Positions 1 to 9,144 of a stretch of DNA of 64,000 nt are shown here, piece after piece. The notes under the pieces are model-generated. The model was not told the origin of the DNA and did no database searches. It saw only the letters and a program-made list of their open reading frames with translations. The DNA is from Geopsychrobacteraceae bacterium. GTDB taxonomy: Bacteria > Desulfobacterota > Desulfuromonadia > Desulfuromonadales > Geopsychrobacteraceae. The stretch spans positions 3,296,001-3,360,000 of the forward strand of contig OY759353.1 in the NCBI GenBank assembly GCA_963662315.1, given 5' to 3'. Position numbers and translations under genes: made by a program. Within the stretch, counting starts at the first letter, position 1. The number at the start of each line of letters is the position of its first letter.

Positions 1-477
1 GCACGTAAGCTTGGTTCAGATATCGAATATGTGTTGCCGGATGGACATACTCTGTTGCCCAACCAGATTGTGACTGTTCACATTGATTGGGCGCGGCGCT
101 ACCGGTTAATGCGTCTGCATTTTGCCGCAGAGCTGGTTCTTGAGCTGATCTATCAGACTTTGGGAGATGTTGAGAAAATCGGGGCGCATATCAGCGAACA
201 GAAGGCGCGCCTCGATTTTTCTTGGCCGAGCAGTATTGCTTCACTGTTACCGGAGCTGGCTGTGCAAGCTATAGCTCTGATTGAAAAAGATGCCGTGATA
301 TTCAGCTCCTTCAGTGATGAGCGGAATGAACTAAGATTCTGGGAAGTGGAAGGGTTTGCCAGGGTTGCTTGTGGTGGAACCCACCTCAGGACAACGGGTG
401 AAGTCGGCAGAATCAGGTTGAAGCGTAATAATATCGGCAAAGGCAAAGAGCGGATAGAAATTTCCCTTGAGGAATAG
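1..477 (+). CDS. AlaX-type alanyl-tRNA editing protein, 5'-partial
   Basis: DWARRYRLMRLHFAAELV (variant of the HxxxH region), ARLDF and CGGTH motifs of the AlaRS editing domain; the frame is open to the window edge. Confidence 0.85.
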   Translation, partial: ARKLGSDIEYVLPDGHTLLPNQIVTVHIDWARRYRLMRLHFAAELVLELIYQTLGDVEKIGAHISEQKARLDFSWPSSIASLLPELAVQAIALIEKDAVIFSSFSDERNELRFWEVEGFARVACGGTHLRTTGEVGRIRLKRNNIGKGKERIEISLEE

Positions 478-479
478 TT

Positions 480-521
480 TGAACTGACGTAGCTGAAGTG
501 TGACTGCGCTACGTCAGTTCA
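480..521. terminator. Perfect 14-bp inverted repeat between convergent genes
   Basis: TGAACTGACGTAGC (480-493) pairs with GCTACGTCAGTTCA (508-521). Confidence 0.6.
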
Positions 522-981
522 GGTTTGTAGCCACCTTCCTGAACGACAAGAGCAAGCGTGCGCGGTTTTGTTTGAGAATAACAGGGTCTTTGCACAAGGC
601 AGGGTCATCCGGCAGGCACTCGAAGAATATGCCCCGGACTGCTAACGACAGGGCTTCCTCTCGCACATGCTCGTAAAGAGCGCCGCCAATACCACCTCCG
701 GTCGTTTGCTTCGCTGTCGATAGGTAATCAAGATAGCAGAACTTCAACTGCGGATCATGGGACAGTAAGGCAAATCCTTTGATCCGGCCACGCTGATCCT
801 CCGCGACATAAATGATGGAACGAAAACGGTGCTTGAGCGGGTTGAGCAACAGTTCGGGAATTTTATCAATATCCTCCCGGGGCAGTAGCGGGAACTGATC
901 GCGAAGAATCTGCTGAACCTGCTGTAGTGCATCATGATTGGAAGGGAGAAGATTATCAAAAACGCGGCGAATCCGGAACAT
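514..981 (-). pseudogene. GNAT-fold protein, probably the truncated 5' part of a GNAT-deacetylase fusion gene
   Basis: Acetyl-CoA motif GGGIGGALY; RBS-like AAAGGA; after KQNRARL the expected FYxxxG motif is absent and a short tail runs into the hairpin. Confidence 0.55.
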
Positions 982-1115
982 GAGGGGAGTCCTTTTCAGG
1001 TTGTATTGATTAACTTTTAATTATAGCAGACGTTAGCTGAATGCAAGTGAGAATGCCGTAAAAACCCCTGCTTAGCGGACTTCTTCCAACTTATTTTCAG
1101 GGCTGTTTTTTTTGA

Positions 1116-1146
1116 TTGACAGCTACCGGTAAGAAGCGTATACGCT
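1116..1146 (+). promoter_or_regulatory. Putative sigma70 promoter of the ATP-grasp/KamA operon
   Basis: TTGACA at 1116-1121; -10-like TATACG (1139-1144) or TACGCT (1141-1146). Confidence 0.5.
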
Positions 1147-1301
1147 TGCAAAATAGCATTCAGGTTCGGGATAGCGTAACGACCACAGCTTAAAAAGTGA
1201 CCCCTTTTTCAGCCCCGCCGCCAGGCACCCCGGACCTCAAGAATGCTTGTTTCCCGTTTTGGGAAATGGTTAGTGACACGGCTATTAAAAGGGGTTTCAA
1301 A

Positions 1302-2366
1302 ATGCATATTGCGCTGGTTTTTAATTTGCGCGAGGAGTCCGTTTACGGTGATGAACCGTCTGCGGAACCTCCATCGTCTGCGGATGATATTTACGCCGAG
1401 TGGGACGACATCCATACCATTTCCGCTGTTGAGGCGGCGTTAGCGACCCGTCACCAGGTATCGCTGGTCAACGCTGATCTTGATGCCTTTGAAAAACTCC
1501 GTCATTTAAAACCTGATCTGGTTTTCAATATTGCCGAAGGTCTGCACGGCGCCAGTCGTGAAGCCCAGATGCCGGCTCTGTTTGAGATGTTGAGTCTCCC
1601 CTATACCGGGAGTGATCCGGCGACCCTGTGTCTGTGTCTGGATAAGCGCCGCACTAAAGAGATCCTCAGTCAGTACCAGGTACCGACGCCCCGCTTCTGG
1701 ATCGTTGATTCCCCTATTGAACTGCCGAAACGCCTGACTTATCCGCTGATGGTCAAGCCCCCGCTGGAAGGTTCCAGCAAAGGTGTTACCGACAAGGCAC
1801 TGGTCAGCAACCGCCAGGAACTGGTGCGCCAGGTTGCCTGGGTGGTGGAGCATTACCAGCAAAGCGCCCTGGTTGAGGAATTTCTGCCTGGCCGCGAATT
1901 CACCGTAGCTTTGCTTGGCAACGGTGATGAGGTGCGTGTGCTACCCATCGTCGAGATCAATTTTGCAGCCCTCCCCGCTGGGGTTAATCCGATCTATTCC
2001 TATGAAGCCAAGTGGGTCTGGGATACCGAAGAAGACCCGCTACAGATTTTTTCCTGCCCCGCTAACCTTGAGCCGCTCCTGCAACACCAGATTGAGGACG
2101 TTTGCCGCCGTGCTTTTAAGGCACTCGGCTGCCGCGACTGGTGTCGCATCGATGTACGGCTCGATGCTGGCGGTCATCCGCAGATTATCGAGCTTAATCC
2201 CCTTCCCGGTATCCTGCCGCGGCCGGAGCAGAACAGCTGCTTCCCTAAAGCCGCGCGTGCCGCCGGGATCACTTATGACCAATTGATTCTCAGTGTCGCG
2301 GACGCAGCCAGCGCACGCCAACAGATCGGTCAGGGGGATGTCCATGAAGATCGCTGTCTGCTTTAA
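1302..2366 (+). CDS. D-Ala-D-Ala ligase-like ATP-grasp enzyme 1
   Basis: VFNIAEG, PYTGS, DKRRTK, VKPPLEGSSKG, EEFLPGREFTV, RIDVR and ELNPLPG motifs; ATG at 1302 after AAGGGG. Confidence 0.85.
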   Translation: MHIALVFNLREESVYGDEPSAEPPSSADDIYAEWDDIHTISAVEAALATRHQVSLVNADLDAFEKLRHLKPDLVFNIAEGLHGASREAQMPALFEMLSLPYTGSDPATLCLCLDKRRTKEILSQYQVPTPRFWIVDSPIELPKRLTYPLMVKPPLEGSSKGVTDKALVSNRQELVRQVAWVVEHYQQSALVEEFLPGREFTVALLGNGDEVRVLPIVEINFAALPAGVNPIYSYEAKWVWDTEEDPLQIFSCPANLEPLLQHQIEDVCRRAFKALGCRDWCRIDVRLDAGGHPQIIELNPLPGILPRPEQNSCFPKAARAAGITYDQLILSVADAASARQQIGQGDVHEDRCLL

Positions 2367-3360
2367 CCTGGCTCCTCCCCAATCCCTGCGCGGTGAACAG
2401 CTTGACCGCATTTCCGAGGCCGGTGCTGAATGCGAAGCTGAAGCGGTAGCGTCTGCCCTGCGTCAGCTTGGGCACCAGCCGGTTCTGGTTCCCCTGGGTG
2501 CAGCACTGTCTCCGTTTATCGCTTCTTTACAGCAGGAACCGCCCGACCTTGTCTTCAACCTGTGTGAAGGGTTCTGGGGCGAGAGCGGTCTGGAAATGCA
2601 TGTCGCCGCCTTGTTGGAGATGCTCGGTCTGGAGCACACCGGGTCACCGGCCCTGACCCTGGGGCTGACTCAGGACAAGGCCCTGACCAAGGATCTGTTG
2701 TCCCGTCACCAAATGCCCACGCCCGGCTATCTGCTGGTGGCGCCGGGCGAAGAGCTCCCCACCGAACTGTCCCTGACCTGGCCGTTAATTGTCAAACCAT
2801 ACCGTGAGGACGCTTCTCTCGGAATTACGGCTGAAAGTGTTGTTGCTGATGATGCGGCGCTGGCCCGGCGTGTGGCTTATGTGCATGAGCGCTATCAGCA
2901 GGCGGCCCTCATAGAAGAATTTATCGATGGGCGCGAATTCAACGCGGCAGTCATTGGTGGTGAACGCCTTGAAGCTTTGCCGGTTTCAGAGATCTGTTTC
3001 CATTCCGGGTTGGCGCAGCGCATTGTCAGCTATGACGGCAAGTGGCTGGAAGATTCATTGGAATACACGGCGACCGAACCGGTCTGCCCGGCTGACGTCA
3101 CTCTGGCTGAGCAAAATGTACTGCAACAGGCTGCCCAGCAGGCCTGCCGCTTATTGGGCTGTCGTGATTATGCCCGCGTTGATATCCGCTTGCGCGCAGG
3201 TGTCCCTTACATTCTTGAGGTGAATGCCAATCCTGATATTTCGCCTGGTGCCGGACTAGCGCGCGCGGCGGGTGCATCCGGAAGAGATTATGTCGAGCTG
3301 ATTGGTTGTATTGTTGATTTCTGCACCATCCGCAGGAGAAATAAATATGCGCAATCTTAA
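2344..3360 (+). CDS. D-Ala-D-Ala ligase-like ATP-grasp enzyme 2
   Basis: VFNLCEG, HTGS, VKPYREDASLG, EEFIDGREFN, RVDIR and LEVNANPD motifs; overlaps the upstream gene. Confidence 0.85.
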   Translation: MKIAVCFNLAPPQSLRGEQLDRISEAGAECEAEAVASALRQLGHQPVLVPLGAALSPFIASLQQEPPDLVFNLCEGFWGESGLEMHVAALLEMLGLEHTGSPALTLGLTQDKALTKDLLSRHQMPTPGYLLVAPGEELPTELSLTWPLIVKPYREDASLGITAESVVADDAALARRVAYVHERYQQAALIEEFIDGREFNAAVIGGERLEALPVSEICFHSGLAQRIVSYDGKWLEDSLEYTATEPVCPADVTLAEQNVLQQAAQQACRLLGCRDYARVDIRLRAGVPYILEVNANPDISPGAGLARAAGASGRDYVELIGCIVDFCTIRRRNKYAQS

Positions 3361-3820
3361 ACCTTCTGATCTGTCACCTTTACAGCAGATTTTAATCGCG
3401 ACCAATGCCTTTACCACTGTTGAGGTGGACTGTGCCATGGAGTTGCTCGACATCGTTTTGAATGACCCCGATCAGCAGGATTACCAGGTTTTGGTTGCTG
3501 ACTACGAGGGAGCGGTGGCGGGCTATGTTCTGTATGGGCCGGTTCCTTTAACCGAAGGGAATTATGACCTGTACTGGATCGCTACCGATCCCAAACTGCA
3601 TGGCAAAGGGGTTGGCCGGAAGTTGATGGAGGACGTCGAGCAGCGCCTGGCTGGCGCAGGAGCCAGACTTCTGTGTGCCGAAACTTCCTCGCAGGATCTT
3701 TACCTGCGGACCAGAAATTTTTATCAGCAGGCCGGTTACCTGGAAGAGTCCCGTATTCGGGACTTTTATCGTCCTGGTGACGACCGCATCACTTACGTCA
3801 AACGTTTCCGCACGAGCTGA
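3347..3820 (+). CDS. GNAT N-acetyltransferase
   Basis: LHGKGVGRKL acetyl-CoA motif and FYQQAGY; RBS AGGAG. Confidence 0.85.
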   Translation: MRNLKPSDLSPLQQILIATNAFTTVEVDCAMELLDIVLNDPDQQDYQVLVADYEGAVAGYVLYGPVPLTEGNYDLYWIATDPKLHGKGVGRKLMEDVEQRLAGAGARLLCAETSSQDLYLRTRNFYQQAGYLEESRIRDFYRPGDDRITYVKRFRTS

Positions 3821-3834
3821 ACAAGGAGCGCCAC

Positions 3835-4929
3835 ATGGAAACCTGGCAGAAACATCTGCAGACAAGTATTACCCGCCCCGGTGATGTGACCCGTCGTTTC
3901 GGAATAGACCCGCAGCCTCTTGAAGAGGTTGTTGAGCGTTACCCGATGCGTATTCCCCCTTACTATCTGGGGCTGATTAAGGAAGTTGGCGACCCGATCT
4001 GGAAACAGGCGGTTCCTGACCAACTGGAATTGCATGATTCGGTTTGTTGTGCTGATCCTCTTGAAGAAGAAAACCAGAGCCCGGTGCCGAACCTGGTGCA
4101 TCGCTACCCGGATCGGGTCCTGTTTCTGGTTTCGTCAGAATGCGCCATGTACTGTCGCTTCTGTACCCGCAAACGCAAAGTCGGCGGCGAAGAAATGCGC
4201 ATCACCAGTGCGACCATAGACGCTGGTATTGAATACATTCGTCAGCATTCTGAAATCCGCGATGTCATTATTTCCGGTGGCGACCCGCTGTTGCTCTCCG
4301 ATGACAAGCTTGACAGCATTCTCAGCCGGGTGCGGGCCATACCCCACGTGCAGATCATTCGCATTGGCTCCCGGGTGCCGGTGGTCCTGCCGATGCGCAT
4401 AACCGCGAACCTGGTGCGGGTGCTGCGTAAATATCACCCGCTGTTTCTCAATACCCACTTTAACCACCCGGACGAGATCACCGAGCAATCGGCTAAGGCC
4501 TGTGCCCGTTTGGCCGGGGCCGGAATCCCCCTGGGGAACCAGACAGTGCTGATGCGTGGCATTAACGACGACCCGCAGGTTATGAAGCTGCTGATGCAGA
4601 AGCTGCTGACCATTCGGGTGCGCCCCTATTACATTTACCAGGCTGATATGGTCCAGGGGACCAATCACTTCAGAACCAGTGTTGAAGAGGGTCTTGAGGT
4701 TGTTCGGGCGCTGCGCGGCCACACCTCGGGGATGGCGGTACCGGCGTTCGTCATAGACGCTCCCGGAGGGGGCGGCAAGATTCCGTTGTTACCCGATTAT
4801 CTGCAATCTCTTGGCAGTGAAGTGGTGCTGAAAAACTATCTGGGCGATACCTATCGTTATCAAAATGCGCCACCGCGGCCACTTTCAGAGCCGCTGCCGA
4901 TGGTGGCCAACCTACAGGTCTGTAAATAA
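3835..4929 (+). CDS. KamA-family radical SAM aminomutase (lysine 2,3-aminomutase-like)
   Basis: LVHRYPDR, CAMYCRFCTRK (CxxxCxxC), SGGDPL, HFNHP, NQTVL and DAPGGGGK (PLP lysine). Confidence 0.9.
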   Translation: METWQKHLQTSITRPGDVTRRFGIDPQPLEEVVERYPMRIPPYYLGLIKEVGDPIWKQAVPDQLELHDSVCCADPLEEENQSPVPNLVHRYPDRVLFLVSSECAMYCRFCTRKRKVGGEEMRITSATIDAGIEYIRQHSEIRDVIISGGDPLLLSDDKLDSILSRVRAIPHVQIIRIGSRVPVVLPMRITANLVRVLRKYHPLFLNTHFNHPDEITEQSAKACARLAGAGIPLGNQTVLMRGINDDPQVMKLLMQKLLTIRVRPYYIYQADMVQGTNHFRTSVEEGLEVVRALRGHTSGMAVPAFVIDAPGGGGKIPLLPDYLQSLGSEVVLKNYLGDTYRYQNAPPRPLSEPLPMVANLQVCK

Positions 4930-4938
4930 TGACCACCC

Positions 4939-4980
4939 TAAAAGCCCTGCGGAGCACGTACTCTACAGGGCTTTTATCTT
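4939..4980 (+). terminator. Intrinsic terminator
   Basis: TAAAAGCCCTG (4939-4949) pairs with CAGGGCTTTTA (4966-4976); T-rich tail. Confidence 0.75.
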
Positions 4981-5061
4981 ATGCTGGTTAGTCCGATTCC
5001 TATTTTGTGCAAATGCAAAAAAATACTTCCCCTGACCATGTGACAATGGTATTCAGTAGTT

Positions 5062-5095
5062 CGTTATTGGTAGCGCTATTTCGATTTGGATTAAC
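5062..5095 (+). promoter_or_regulatory. Partial ModE-like tandem operator upstream of modD
   Basis: CGTTAT (5062) and CGCTAT (5074) start 12 bp apart, then N10 and a degenerate ATTAAC (5090). Confidence 0.5.
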
Positions 5096-5107
5096 AAGGA
5101 GTCTGTC

Positions 5108-5941
5108 ATGTTTATTAACGATTCGACTATTGAACGCTGGATCGAGGAAGATGTTCCCGGTTTGGATCTGACCTCTCATTTGCTGGGGGTCGCAAAGGTT
5201 GCTGCAACCATTACCCTGAGTGCGCGCCACGAAACAGCCCTGTGTGGTGTCGCGGAAGCTGCTATGGTGTTCCAGAAGCTGGGGGCGCGGGTGGAGCAGC
5301 TGCAATGCGACGGTGCGGTGGTTCAGAAAGGGACGGAGATTCTCCGTGCCTTTGGTGATGGTGCCATGATTCACGCCGGCTGGCGCGTCGCTCTGAACCT
5401 TGTGGAATACGCTTCCGGGATCGCGACACGAACCTCACGAATGGTCCAGCAGGCTCGTCAGCATGGGGATGTACTGGTGTGTGGTACGCGTAAGGCTTTT
5501 CCCGGTGGACGCAAACTTTCACAAAAAGCATTACTGGCCGGAGGAGGCGTTCCGCATCGCCTTGGATTGGGAGAAACAGTCTTGATTTTTCCTCATCACT
5601 ACCATCTCATCGGTTTGGATAATTTTCTTAAACGGATGCCGGAAATTAAACGGGCTGCACGGGAAAAGAAGATCGGCGTTGAGGTCGAAAGTCTGGAGGA
5701 TGCCGAGCGAATGGCCAGCCATGGTGCAGATATCATCCAGCTCGATAAATGTTCCGCAGCCGTTGCGGCACAGGTCGTTGCTGCCCTGCGGCCACGCTAT
5801 CCGAATCTGGTGATCGGTGCCGCCGGTGGTGTCAATGCTGATAATGCGGCGGAGTATGCCGCAACCGGTGTTGATATGCTGGTAACCTCGTGGATGTATT
5901 TCGGTAAGCCGGCGGATATTAAGGCTGTCATTGAAAAATAA
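5108..5941 (+). CDS. modD: ModD protein (NadC/QPRTase-like)
   Basis: EEDVPGLDLT, SGIATRT, GTRKAFPG, GGVPHRLGLGET, IQLDK and AAGGVN; adjacent to modA. Confidence 0.9.
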   Translation: MFINDSTIERWIEEDVPGLDLTSHLLGVAKVAATITLSARHETALCGVAEAAMVFQKLGARVEQLQCDGAVVQKGTEILRAFGDGAMIHAGWRVALNLVEYASGIATRTSRMVQQARQHGDVLVCGTRKAFPGGRKLSQKALLAGGGVPHRLGLGETVLIFPHHYHLIGLDNFLKRMPEIKRAAREKKIGVEVESLEDAERMASHGADIIQLDKCSAAVAAQVVAALRPRYPNLVIGAAGGVNADNAAEYAATGVDMLVTSWMYFGKPADIKAVIEK

Positions 5942-6003
5942 AAATCAATATTTCTCTTTCGCTATGTCTGATTATGCTTAAAATAAATAGCGAAAACAGC
6001 GAT

Positions 6004-6049
6004 AAACAAAAAGTCCCATTCGGTTATCCGGGTGGGACTTTTTGTTTTT
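6004..6049 (+). terminator. Intrinsic terminator after modD
   Basis: AAACAAAAAGTCCCA (6004-6018) pairs with TGGGACTTTTTGTTT (6033-6047). Confidence 0.8.
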
Positions 6050-6081
6050 ATCAATATGTCTTGTTTTGTGCAAATACTCGC

Positions 6082-6145
6082 TTGACTCTTTTTGTATTTC
6101 GTTATACCAATCATTATTATTTATAAAATAACGAAAGGAATAGCG
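6082..6145 (+). promoter_or_regulatory. modA promoter region with a four-half-site ModE-like operator
   Basis: TTGACT at 6082; CGTTAT(6100)-N6-CATTAT(6112)-N10-ATAACG(6128)-N6-ATAGCG(6140). Confidence 0.75.
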
Positions 6146-6147
6146 AT

Positions 6148-6858
6148 ATGCGATTCTTGGTTCTGTTTTTCTTCATTATGGTCAGCGTAACAAGTGCCCA
6201 GGCCGCTGTGTTGCGCACCGCTTCAGGGGCTGGGTATAAAAAGATCGTTGAACAATGGGCGACGCTGTATGAACAGACCACCGGGCATAAGGCCGAGCGT
6301 ATCTATGGCAACATGGGACAGATTTCTGCACAGGTGAAACAGGGCGGAGGGATCTGCCTTGTGGTCGGCGATAAGTCCTATCTGTCCAGGGCCGCTCTGC
6401 CCATCCAGTCTTTTGTTCTCCTTGGACAGGGGCGTCCGGTGCTGGTCAGTCGTAAAGGATTAACTCTCTCTTCTGTTGCTGACCTTGCAAAGCCAGAATT
6501 TGCCAGAATTTCCGCTCCAGATTATCAAAAGGCCATCTACGGTCGGGCCGCTCATCAGATACTCAGTCAGAAGCAGTACCTGGGGATTCTTGACAAGGTC
6601 ATGCCAGTCGGAACCGTACCGCGCAGTGGTGCTTATGCCATTAGCGGTGAAGTCGATGCCGCTTTTGTCAATATGAGCTTTGCCATGGCCAACAAGGATA
6701 AGTTTGGCAGCATGCTTGAACTGACCGCAGGATTTGAAGCGATTGAGATCGTCGCGGGTATCATTAAAGGGTGCGAAACTCAGGCTGAAGTCGGTGAATT
6801 TGTCAGTCTGCTCAGCAGTGATTCCATGCAGGCAAACCGGGTTGCCGCAGGGTTATGA
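6148..6858 (+). CDS. modA: Molybdate/tungstate ABC transporter substrate-binding protein
   Basis: Signal peptide (AQA); ASGAGYK, YGNMGQ and PDYQKAIYGRAA resemble ModA; lies between modD and modB. Confidence 0.8.
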   Translation: MRFLVLFFFIMVSVTSAQAAVLRTASGAGYKKIVEQWATLYEQTTGHKAERIYGNMGQISAQVKQGGGICLVVGDKSYLSRAALPIQSFVLLGQGRPVLVSRKGLTLSSVADLAKPEFARISAPDYQKAIYGRAAHQILSQKQYLGILDKVMPVGTVPRSGAYAISGEVDAAFVNMSFAMANKDKFGSMLELTAGFEAIEIVAGIIKGCETQAEVGEFVSLLSSDSMQANRVAAGL

Positions 6859-7559
6859 CTTCCGCTGCTGGCAATTGGTGGCAGGTTTACACTTCTGATG
6901 CGGTGCTGTTTTCTTTGGGGCTGACCGGAAAAATCTGTGTCTATGCCCTGATCCTGCAGCTGTTTATCGGGGTGCCATTGGCCTGGTATCTGTCAGGCAA
7001 AAACACGCCGCTACGCGGTGCGCTGGAAAGCCTGGTAACCTTTCCCCTGATTTTTCCGCCGATTGCGACCGGCTATCTGCTTCTGGTGCTGCTCGGACGC
7101 ATGAGTTTCCTCGGGGGCTTAGCCGACCGCCTGCTGGGAGTCGAGATTGTCTTCTCCTTTCCCGGTATTGTCATCGCTGCGTTTATAGCCGGTTTGCCCC
7201 TGGTGATCAAGCCGATCCAGGCTGCCATCCGTACCTTTGGGGATGATCTCATTCTGGCGTCTTACACCCTTGGACGGGGGCGCTTGGCCACCTTTGTCAA
7301 TATTACTCTGCCAAGTGTGCGGCGCAGTATCATGTCCGGTCTGCTGCTGGGGCTGGGTCGTTCTCTGGGAGAGGTCGGTATTACCCTGATGCTGGGGGGG
7401 AACATTATCGGCAAAACCAACACCCTGTCTCTGGAAGTGTTCAATGCGGTATACGATGGTGATTTTGAGCGTGCCACCGCACTGTGTCTGTTGTTGTTCG
7501 TCGTATCTTTGTTGATGTTTTCAGGGATTCGCCACCTGTCGCGGGAGGCAACACGTTAA
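6855..7559 (+). CDS. modB: Molybdate ABC transporter permease
   Basis: FPLIFPPIATGYLLL, RSLGEVGITLMLGGNIIGKTNTLSL. Confidence 0.9.
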   Translation: MTSAAGNWWQVYTSDAVLFSLGLTGKICVYALILQLFIGVPLAWYLSGKNTPLRGALESLVTFPLIFPPIATGYLLLVLLGRMSFLGGLADRLLGVEIVFSFPGIVIAAFIAGLPLVIKPIQAAIRTFGDDLILASYTLGRGRLATFVNITLPSVRRSIMSGLLLGLGRSLGEVGITLMLGGNIIGKTNTLSLEVFNAVYDGDFERATALCLLLFVVSLLMFSGIRHLSREATR

Positions 7560-7622
7560 TGGCTGTTTGCACTGTATCCTTTTGTTATGAAATTTCTTTG
7601 ACTGCATTGAGGTCTCTGCCAC

Positions 7623-8513
7623 ATGGTTATGCCGCATGTCTGCGGGGAAGAAATATCTTCCCTGTCCACGGAATCTAAACCCATCAGTATCATTGATCAG
7701 ACAGCAGCTTATCTCGATCAAAAGCTGGGTGTTGAGCTTGTTGAGCTGCGGGTCGAGCGACTGATTATCGGGGTCTTTTTTACCGGGATCAAATTAAGTA
7801 ACGGTTGCGCCGGTGTTGCCTATACTCCCCCGGAACTTATTGATCGAGCGAGTCAGCACATTCTCAAAGAACGCATGACAGAATTTGCGGGGCTGCCGGT
7901 CAGTGCCATTTTACAGCACCAGATCACCTCTCCTTTTTCCGAAATAATCCGTCTGGCAACATTAAACGCGCTGTCTCTATTGCTGTTTGATCAATACGAG
8001 ACGCAGTCGCAGGCTGGTCTCGCTGACTTTGCCACCTTATATACGCGGCGCAAAGTCTGTCTGGTCGGGGCCATCATACCGCTGCTGAAGCAACTGAAAC
8101 AGTATCAGCCGCAAACGGTGGCGATCATCGATAAAAAGGAAGCGACCCAGCAGGAGGCAAAAGCAGGGTGGGGAACTTTTTATCAGCCGGACGAGCTGCC
8201 CCGCCAGTTGGCCAGCTGTGACACGGCAATTTTCACCGGTGCTGCGGTTGCCAACGGTAGTATCGAGGAATTGCTGGCTTTAACGCCGCCAGAAGCAGCG
8301 ATTGCCATCGTCGGACCAAGTGCCGGTTTTATCCCCGATGCGTTGTTTGAGCGTGGCGTTGCGGTGGTCGGTACCTCGGTGGTGACGGCAGCCGATACGG
8401 CCTTACGCATTCTGGCCGAAGGGGGTGGCGGCTACCATCTGTTCGGGAAGTGCATGGATAAATTGAACCTGATAAACCGGGCGCGTTTGGCGCAGCTTGG
8501 CTTAACTCTCTAG
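7623..8513 (+). CDS. DUF364/DUF4213 family Rossmann-like protein 1
   Basis: IIGVFFTGIKL, LATLNAL, VCLVGAI, IFTGAAVANGSI, VGPSA, ILAEGGG. Confidence 0.75.
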   Translation: MVMPHVCGEEISSLSTESKPISIIDQTAAYLDQKLGVELVELRVERLIIGVFFTGIKLSNGCAGVAYTPPELIDRASQHILKERMTEFAGLPVSAILQHQITSPFSEIIRLATLNALSLLLFDQYETQSQAGLADFATLYTRRKVCLVGAIIPLLKQLKQYQPQTVAIIDKKEATQQEAKAGWGTFYQPDELPRQLASCDTAIFTGAAVANGSIEELLALTPPEAAIAIVGPSAGFIPDALFERGVAVVGTSVVTAADTALRILAEGGGGYHLFGKCMDKLNLINRARLAQLGLTL

Positions 8514-8528
8514 AAAAGGATCGAACGT

Positions 8529-9113
8529 ATGGGTAACTACAAAGAGCATGAGAACGATTATCCAGGCCTGCTGAAAATTGCCGGTGATTTTCATGGCGAT
8601 ATCTGTGCCGGTATCGAAATCGGCACACGGATGACCATGTGTGGTCTCAAGCAGATCGGCATCAGCGATCCGACTGGTGCCGAGCGTAAGAAGCTGATCG
8701 TTTATGTCGAAATCGATCGTTGCGCCACCGACGCGATCATGGCTTTGACCGGCTGTCGGCCAGGCAAGCGCACCATGAAAATACGTGACTACGGCAAAAT
8801 GGCGGCAACCTTTATTAATCTCGATTCAGGGCAGGCGGTACGTGTGGCGACACGGGCCAAGAAAAAGACCGATGATGGGCAAAAACGTGATTTTTCGCTG
8901 CTGGCGGATGAGGAACTGTTTTCGGTCAGCGCAGTAACGGTTGACCTGAAGCCTGAGGATCTTCCCGGGCTGCCGGTCCGGCGCGCCAGTTGTTCCCGTT
9001 GTGGTGAAAGCGTACTCGATGGGCGCGAGGTTGAACAGGGTGCTACGACCCTTTGTCAAACCTGTGCTGCCGGTGTCGATTACTATACGGAGTGGTTACC
9101 CAAGGCCGGTTGA
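8529..9113 (+). CDS. FmdE family protein with C-terminal zinc finger
   Basis: FHGDICAG, EIDRCATDAI, TGCRPGKRTMKIRDYGKMAATF; CSRCGE and CQTC. Confidence 0.9.
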   Translation: MGNYKEHENDYPGLLKIAGDFHGDICAGIEIGTRMTMCGLKQIGISDPTGAERKKLIVYVEIDRCATDAIMALTGCRPGKRTMKIRDYGKMAATFINLDSGQAVRVATRAKKKTDDGQKRDFSLLADEELFSVSAVTVDLKPEDLPGLPVRRASCSRCGESVLDGREVEQGATTLCQTCAAGVDYYTEWLPKAG

Positions 9114-9144
9114 AAAATGCTCAGAGGAGTCCGGGAGAATAACC

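Noticed and set aside
1250..1270. Moco or c-di-AMP riboswitch in the ATP-grasp leader
   Set aside because: Only short word matches (CCCGTTTTGGGAAA; CCCGAACC on the minus strand); the conserved cores are missing
1302..4929. Labelling these genes as housekeeping ddl, epmB or ablAB
   Set aside because: No mur/fts or efp/epmA context, and the GNAT is not AblB-sized; gene symbols were withheld
5957..6001. TTTCGCTAT-N21-ATAGCGAAA as another full tandem operator
   Set aside because: The half-sites match, but the spacing (4-11-3) breaks the 6-10-6 pattern and the site lies upstream of the modD terminator. It may be a degenerate or auxiliary site, so it was not counted.
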